The notes under the pieces were generated by a model that saw only the letters and a list, made by a program, of their open reading frames with translations, was not told the origin of the DNA and searched no databases. Below, piece by piece: positions 58,128-64,000 of a stretch of 64,000 bases of DNA; the first letter of the stretch is position 1, and every line of letters begins with the position of its first letter. This DNA comes from Eledone cirrhosa (Eukaryota), in NCBI GenBank assembly GCA_964016885.1, contig OZ024742.1, forward strand, positions 66,650,001-66,714,000, written 5' to 3'. Position numbers and translations under genes: made by a program.

Positions 58128-61100
58128 TGAAAAATGGAACGGGAACAAAACAGAGAGGCTGTACGAACAAAGGTTTATTAGTTTCAAGCTCTTCAGAGAG
58201 GGGGGAGGGGAACGACATTTCGGGCATAAGCCCATCTTCAGGCGAAAAGTGTGTGGGAAGAGAGTTCCAAGGGTGTGTAGGGGAATGGGGAGAGACATTT
58301 AGAGAAAAGGGGGTGAGTGCAACGGTGGGGGTGGGGGGGTATAAATGAAAATAAATATGTAAAAATAATAATAAAAATAAAAATATACAGGATGATAAAC
58401 AAGTGGTGGAAGAGTGTGGGGCGTGTAGGGGTGGTGACGGGTGGAGTGGGGAGAAGGAGGCGGGGTGTCCGTGCGGGGAGGGCTGAAGGTAGTGTGTGTG
58501 TGTGTGTAGGTGTACGTGCGTGTGTGTGTGTCTGTGAATGTGAGAGTTGGGGGAAGAACGGGGTTCCATGTTCAGGAAAAGGTGTGTGGGGGATGGGGTG
58601 TAGGTCGCTGTGTATGTGCGTGTGTAGGTGGGGAGGGGTCAGAGGGGTGGGGGAGGGGGAGAGAGGATTCCGGAGGTTGAGTGTGTAAATATGTGGGGGT
58701 ACGCATGTGTGTGTGGTGTATATACGAATTGTGGATGTAGGTGGCGTATGGGAAAACAATATTTTTTTAGTGTATGTTCGTGGCTAGGCGGTGTTAGTAT
58801 TGTTAGTTGTGGGGTGAGCGATGAAAAGGAGGAGTGTGTTAGTGGTGTTAGTGGGAAATGTGTGTGTGGGGGTCGAAGGCTAAATAAATAGGGGTGGGGA
58901 TTTCAGGACGGGTGGAGTGTGGGTCTGTAGGGTGGCGGGTGTACCGTGGCATTGGAGTAAGCCACAGACTGTAAGGTTGTGCACGGAATGTCTAGGGGAG
59001 CCAAAGTTGCGGGAGATGGGGAAACTACCGCCGAGACGAATATCCCGGAGGTGTTCGGTAAAACGGTCCGCCAGGCGTCGTCCAGTCTGTCCGACGCAGG
59101 TTGCTCTACACTCCGTGCAGCGAAGTCCATAGACTAGGTTGGAGGAGGTGCAGCAGAAGGCGTGCCGGACAGAGAGAGGCCGGCCGTTGGGACCCTGGAA
59201 GGTGGTGGTGTTGGTGATGTGGGGACAGGTGTTGTAACGAGGCCTGGAACAGGGAAGGGAGCCGGGGGTGGAAAGAGAGCGTGGTTGGGGGATAGGGAGC
59301 TGCGGACGAGAAGGGTGCGGAGATTGCGTGCGCGTTTGAAGGACGGGAGTGGTAGGGCTGGGAAGATGTGGGAGGTGGAGAGGTCGGACTGGAGGCGTCG
59401 GAAGAGGCGGAGGATGGTGCGGTGGAGGGGTAGAGTGGAGGGGTGGTAGGTGATGGGGAAGGGGAGACGGTGGGTGGGTGTGCGGTGGCGTGGGTTGAGG
59501 GTGGTGGAGCGGTGGACAGCACGGGCGCGAGTGAGGGCGGTGTGGACGAGGGATGGGGGGAGGGTCGCACCTCTGCGGATGAAATGGCTGACTAGGGAAA
59601 GGGGCTGGGACTCAAAGTCAGCATCTCGGCTACAGAGGCGCGGATACTGAGGAGTTGGGAGTAGGGAATAGAGTGTTTAGTGTGTGTAGGGTGGGAAGCG
59701 GTGAAGTCGAGCTAGGTGTGGGAGGAGGTGGGTTTGAAGAAGGCGGAGGTGACGAGGGAGTGGTGAGAGGGGACGAAGGCGACGGAGATGTCTAAGAAGT
59801 GGACGTGGGTGGTGGAGATAGAGGTGGTGAAGTGGAGGGAGGGGTGGAACGAGCAGAAGAAGGAGAGAAAGGAGTCGAGCTGTTCTCGGATGAGGGTCGT
59901 GGCTCCGATACAGTCGTCGATGTAAAACTCACCCGAGGAGTAACAGTTGAGGGTGAGGACCAGCTCGGCGAGGCGAAGGAGGGTGGGTGAGGGGCGAAGG
60001 TCGAGGTAGTGCTTAAGGGCACGTAGGCCGGCGGCGTGGGGGATGACTGTATAGAGCGACTTGATATCTAGGGTGAAGAGGAAGGGCTGTAGGCCGGGTG
60101 GGAAGGGGAAGTAGTCGAATAGGCGAAGGGCGTGGTTGGTGTCGGAAACGTGGCAGGGGAAGGTGGTGACGAGGGGGTTGAGGATGGAGTCGAGAAAGTT
60201 CGGTGGGGCAGTTGCAAGCGGAGACGATGGGGCGGCCGGGTTGACGGGTTTGTGGAGTTTTAGGATGAAGTAGATAGTGGGGGTGCGGGGGAATGCGGAC
60301 GATGAGGTGGGAAGCGGTGGGGGGGGGGAGCGAGAATTTTGGATGGTGGAGGAAACTTATTGTTGGTAGAGGGGTGTGGGATCAGAGGGTAGAAGGCGGT
60401 AGAAGAGGGGGTTACGGAGCTGCTTGAGGGCTTCAGCCGTGTAGAGGTCAGCGCGCCACACCACCACCGCACCTCCCGCTACGGAGGGAGCGGAGACCGA
60501 GGAGTACGCCCCGTGAGATGTTATTCGTTGGGACCGGTGGCGAAAGTCGAAGCGATTTACTGCGCTACGGCAGGCATCGACGAACCCATCCAGGGTGCTA
60601 AACTGACCTGGGCCGGTGTCCAAGACGATGGTCGTCGGCCCAGAGCGGGAAACGGGTCTGGGGCGTTCGGAACCGGTGGCGTTTGACCGAAATGTGCCTG
60701 TAGCTTCGTGCGTCGCACGAATCGCTCAATTTCCGTTCGGGTGTGGAACTCGTCGCTGTGCGGAGTGTGGGGTATGAAGCGAAGGCCTCTACTGAGGCGT
60801 GAGCGCTCAGCTGCGGAGAGGGGGAGGTCAGGGGGTATGGTGACAACAAGTGGTGGGGATGGGTGTGTGAGTGAGGAGGGAAGGGTGTGGTGAGGGCTTA
60901 GGTGGGGGTGGAGATTGAGTAGGGTGTGTGGGGGATGGGGATGGAGGGGTGGGATGGGTGTGGGGGGTCATAGGATGGGCGGGGGGGGGGGGGGAGTTGG
61001 TCGGGAGGAGTGAGTGTTGCTTAAGGGCGTTTGTGTAGGTGAGGAAGGAGAAGATGTCGTGCTGGAGGTTTTGGATGAACAGGAGGATGGAGTGGGCGAT

Positions 61101-61535
61101 GAGAGGGGGGATGCGCAGTTAAGGCGGAGGAAGGTGGGGTTCAGTTGGTAGTCAAGTTTCGGATGGTGGAGCAGGTGGAGGTGGAGACAGCGGCTGAGGA
61201 AATGGATGTGGCTGGAGTGCCGGCTTTTGGCGAAGAGAAGGTAGGAGAGTTGAAGGGCCGAGGGGAAATAGCAGGGTTGGAGGAGTTGGGTGAGGAAAAG
61301 TTTGAGGCGGGTGTGGCGTTGGTGGATAAAGGTTCTCAGGCTGGGCATGGTGGGCATGGAGTGAAAGCAGGGGGAGGTATGAGAAAGGAGGTGTGTGAAG
61401 CGGGGGTGGGGGTGGGGGTGGAACGAAGGGGTGAGTGCGAAAGATAGGCAGAGACGGGGGAGGGAAAATCAAAAAGAAATAACGAGAGGAGAGTATACAC
61501 AGGAAAATCATAATCGTAAAAACACAGGCAATCAT
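58128..61535 (-). mobile_element. GC-rich Neptune-type PLE, near full length but frameshifted
   Basis: Minus strand: FLSRCL; GGAVVVWRADLY..EA..QL; IYFILKLHKPVNPGRPIVS; LFTLDIKSLYTVIPH; YIDDCIG; FLDISV; GQTGRRLADRFTEHLRDI. HHR-like CUGAAGA-UGGGC UUAU GCCC-GAAA-UG-UC at ~58212-58244. Flanked by (TA)n. Confidence 0.88.
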
Positions 61536-62491
61536 ATATATATATAGAGAGAGAGCGCGAGACAGAGGTGGGGAGAAAGATAAAAACAAATGGGGGAGAC
61601 AATGAAAACGATTGATATATATTTAATATATTTAATGAGGAAGACCAGTAACAAAATATTTAACAAGAAAATACGACATAACTTCCTCAAATTCTCCGAC
61701 AATGTTTTGGTTACTAAAAAAGAACAGTGTGCATACATATGCAAGTGTTACAAACTCAACACGTCTTGCGGGCTCTCTACACCCGAGCTTCAATTTATAA
61801 AAAGATACATAATACCCAGAGATATATTTGGTCAGTTTTTGAACATTCTATAGTAGTACGCCTCGTTCAACTCGTAAGTTATAGAAACGACATGAGAAGG
61901 ATCAAACCGATAAATATGGTATTTCTAAATGAACATTCAAATCATTTGACCAGCCCTGCGCCGCTATGCTGAAAACCACACAGAAAGAAGCATCTATATA
62001 TATGTGAGTTTATTGTTTTCTACTAGGAGTCTTGTCTATGCTAGGGCAAAAACAGCTCATATATGTTGATTATTATCTAGAAGGCACACTACATGTGTTG
62101 TGAAAGTATATAGCGCATGTGATGTGTAGTAGTCTATAATGGGTATTTACTATATGCGTAGTGAACTGTACAGCTTCAATCCCACATTATTTAGTACGTA
62201 GTATACAATGTGCCTCATATGTGCAGTGTACTGCATATGTTTATCATCTTAGTCTAATTTTCTATTACAATCGCATCCATATGCATTTCATTCATTTTTA
62301 TTTAGTATTCTTTATCTTCAGAAATGTTGGCGACAATATTCTACTCATATTAATGTTGATCTGAAATTCTTACAGCAAAAAAGAGAATTATATGTACATA
62401 TGTCCCCAGTGTTCTATACAATATCAAGTTATTGAAGTGACAAGCCCGCACACGCACACACACGCACACACGTGCGCGCATACACACACAT

Positions 62492-62538
<47 letters not shown>

Positions 62539-62744
62539 TTTGTAAAATGTAAGGAAAACATCTGCCTCACTTTTCTTATAAGATCACCAGATAGTGTTTA
62601 TGAGATGCAAATATATGTAAGGAAACCTATACAAGCTAACATACGTATAGTTACAATGATATGGACAAAGTCCAACATAAGAGACTAAGGAAATTTGAGT
62701 ATTATTTCCCATGAGAAGGAAATAAATCATTGATAAATATAACA

Positions 62745-62932
62745 TAATTGTTTCTACTTTTGGCACAAGGCCAGAAATTATTCCAGTACATTACTGGTAC
62801 TTTATTTTATCGGCCCCTTAAGGATGAAAGACAAAGTTGACCTCGGCGGGATTTGAACTCAGACCATAAAGGGCCGTAACTCATTGCTGTAATGCATGAT
62901 GTTAGACCCTCTACCGATACTGCCAATCCACC
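62745..62932 (-). mobile_element. tRNA-derived SINE (octopus-type)
   Basis: Reverse complement of the 4754-4930 family. Confidence 0.85.
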
Positions 62933-64000
62933 AATAAGCTGATATATTATAAGGACTCTACTATTTCGGATTCTATGACACAGAACGCCATATAAATAGA
63001 TATAGTTTGGTTGTTCTTGTTGATTACGCTATTGTTTAACCACAGGCGAAAATCTATTCAGCAGGGGTTTGAAGAGAAGCTCTCGCATATATACTCAATT
63101 TGCTCTAGGTGTATCTTGAACACGATCACTGTATGTGATTCTATTTTAAGCCGTTAATTAATGACTTTAGATGAATTTTGCTGTTGTGATAACTAGTACG
63201 GTTTATAACTCGACGGGGAATCATTATTTTTGTGCCATTAATAATATCCCATCAATATCTAGGGAAAAATTGAGTTTTAATGGACAAGTCCTCTAAATAG
63301 TGTGCCAGCTATAACATTATTTATTTCAGTTGATACTCCAACAATTGATGGGTTCTTGTATCTCAGCAAGCGTGTATACATTTAACGTAATAAGCTGGAA
63401 TTGTTAGGAGACAGATGCCACCGGAAATTCAGGAAAGCAATATAAATTAATATCACAATCTTCCAAACGTGTTGGAACAAGTGAGAAATTCAAAACTTCG
63501 GTGAAATCCAGTACATTTTATCTACAACCTCATTATCATTTCATTTAGTATCAATACTGAAGATAAATTAACTTGCAAAATGCGAAGAATGTATATAACG
63601 TGTTAACAAAGGTTGTTGTTGGCTCTACACAGTCATTCAATATGATAGAAATAAAAGTCAAATATCCCTTAAGTGGATTAATATGTTCTTCAAAATACTA
63701 AATGCTACAATGTAACACATAGCATAAACAGCAGGATCACCATGGTAAAACTTCCTTCATTCATATGACTAATCTAATCATACATGGTGCTATCGTAAAC
63801 AATAAAAAGTTCAACAAGAACAAATTTTACTTTCAAATTTAATCTAAATGCAGAGATTACGAGGCAATCTCTTAAATCTCACTCTAAAGTCTTTAAAATG
63901 AGAATATATAAGATGTCCACGCTAGTGTAGATGGTTGGAACACTTTTGAACGATGTCCTTCCAGATCAGAAAATTTTAGATCACAGAGAGAGGTAATAAA

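Noticed and set aside
63240-63530. Possible LINE remnant (also 41400-41650 and 29520-29690)
   Set aside because: Only faint motif echoes amid stops and frameshifts; too degraded to support by eye.

Overview
This is AT-rich, microsatellite-saturated animal genomic DNA, most likely an octopod cephalopod (inferred from the tRNA-derived SINE family). No host protein-coding gene can be supported; nearly all ORF-track entries (poly-IY, HT, CV, SL, ER) are translated microsatellites. The window is dominated by decayed Penelope-like retroelements (PLEs). Three are Naiad-type (CxCx5C...CxxC GIY-YIG), at about 2.2-5.5, 5.6-8.2 and 54.9-58.1 kb. Three are Neptune-type, at about 21.7-24.5, 30.5-36.7 and 58.1-61.5 kb. 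A further GIY-YIG family occurs at 11.3-12.8, 24.5, 34.8 and 51.1-51.8 kb. RTE-like LINE remnants, SINEs and a tiny Tc1/mariner-type MITE are also present. The main hidden signal is RNA-structural: by-eye folding finds more than 20 type-I hammerhead ribozyme (HHR) motifs, intact or decayed, from about 10 distinct sequence families, most in short non-coding elements flanked by (TA)n. Highlights: (1) a ~430-bp non-coding, terminally redundant, circularly permuted unit with one minimal HHR per monomer (retrozyme-like, candidate circRNA producer); (2) an 86-bp tandem repeat in which each monomer is essentially one HHR; (3) a family with a compensatory U3-A8 core (UUGANAA) in three copies, which standard CUGANGA searches would miss; (4) pervasive fold-back arrangements of these elements. 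All folds were done by eye and no activity is demonstrated.
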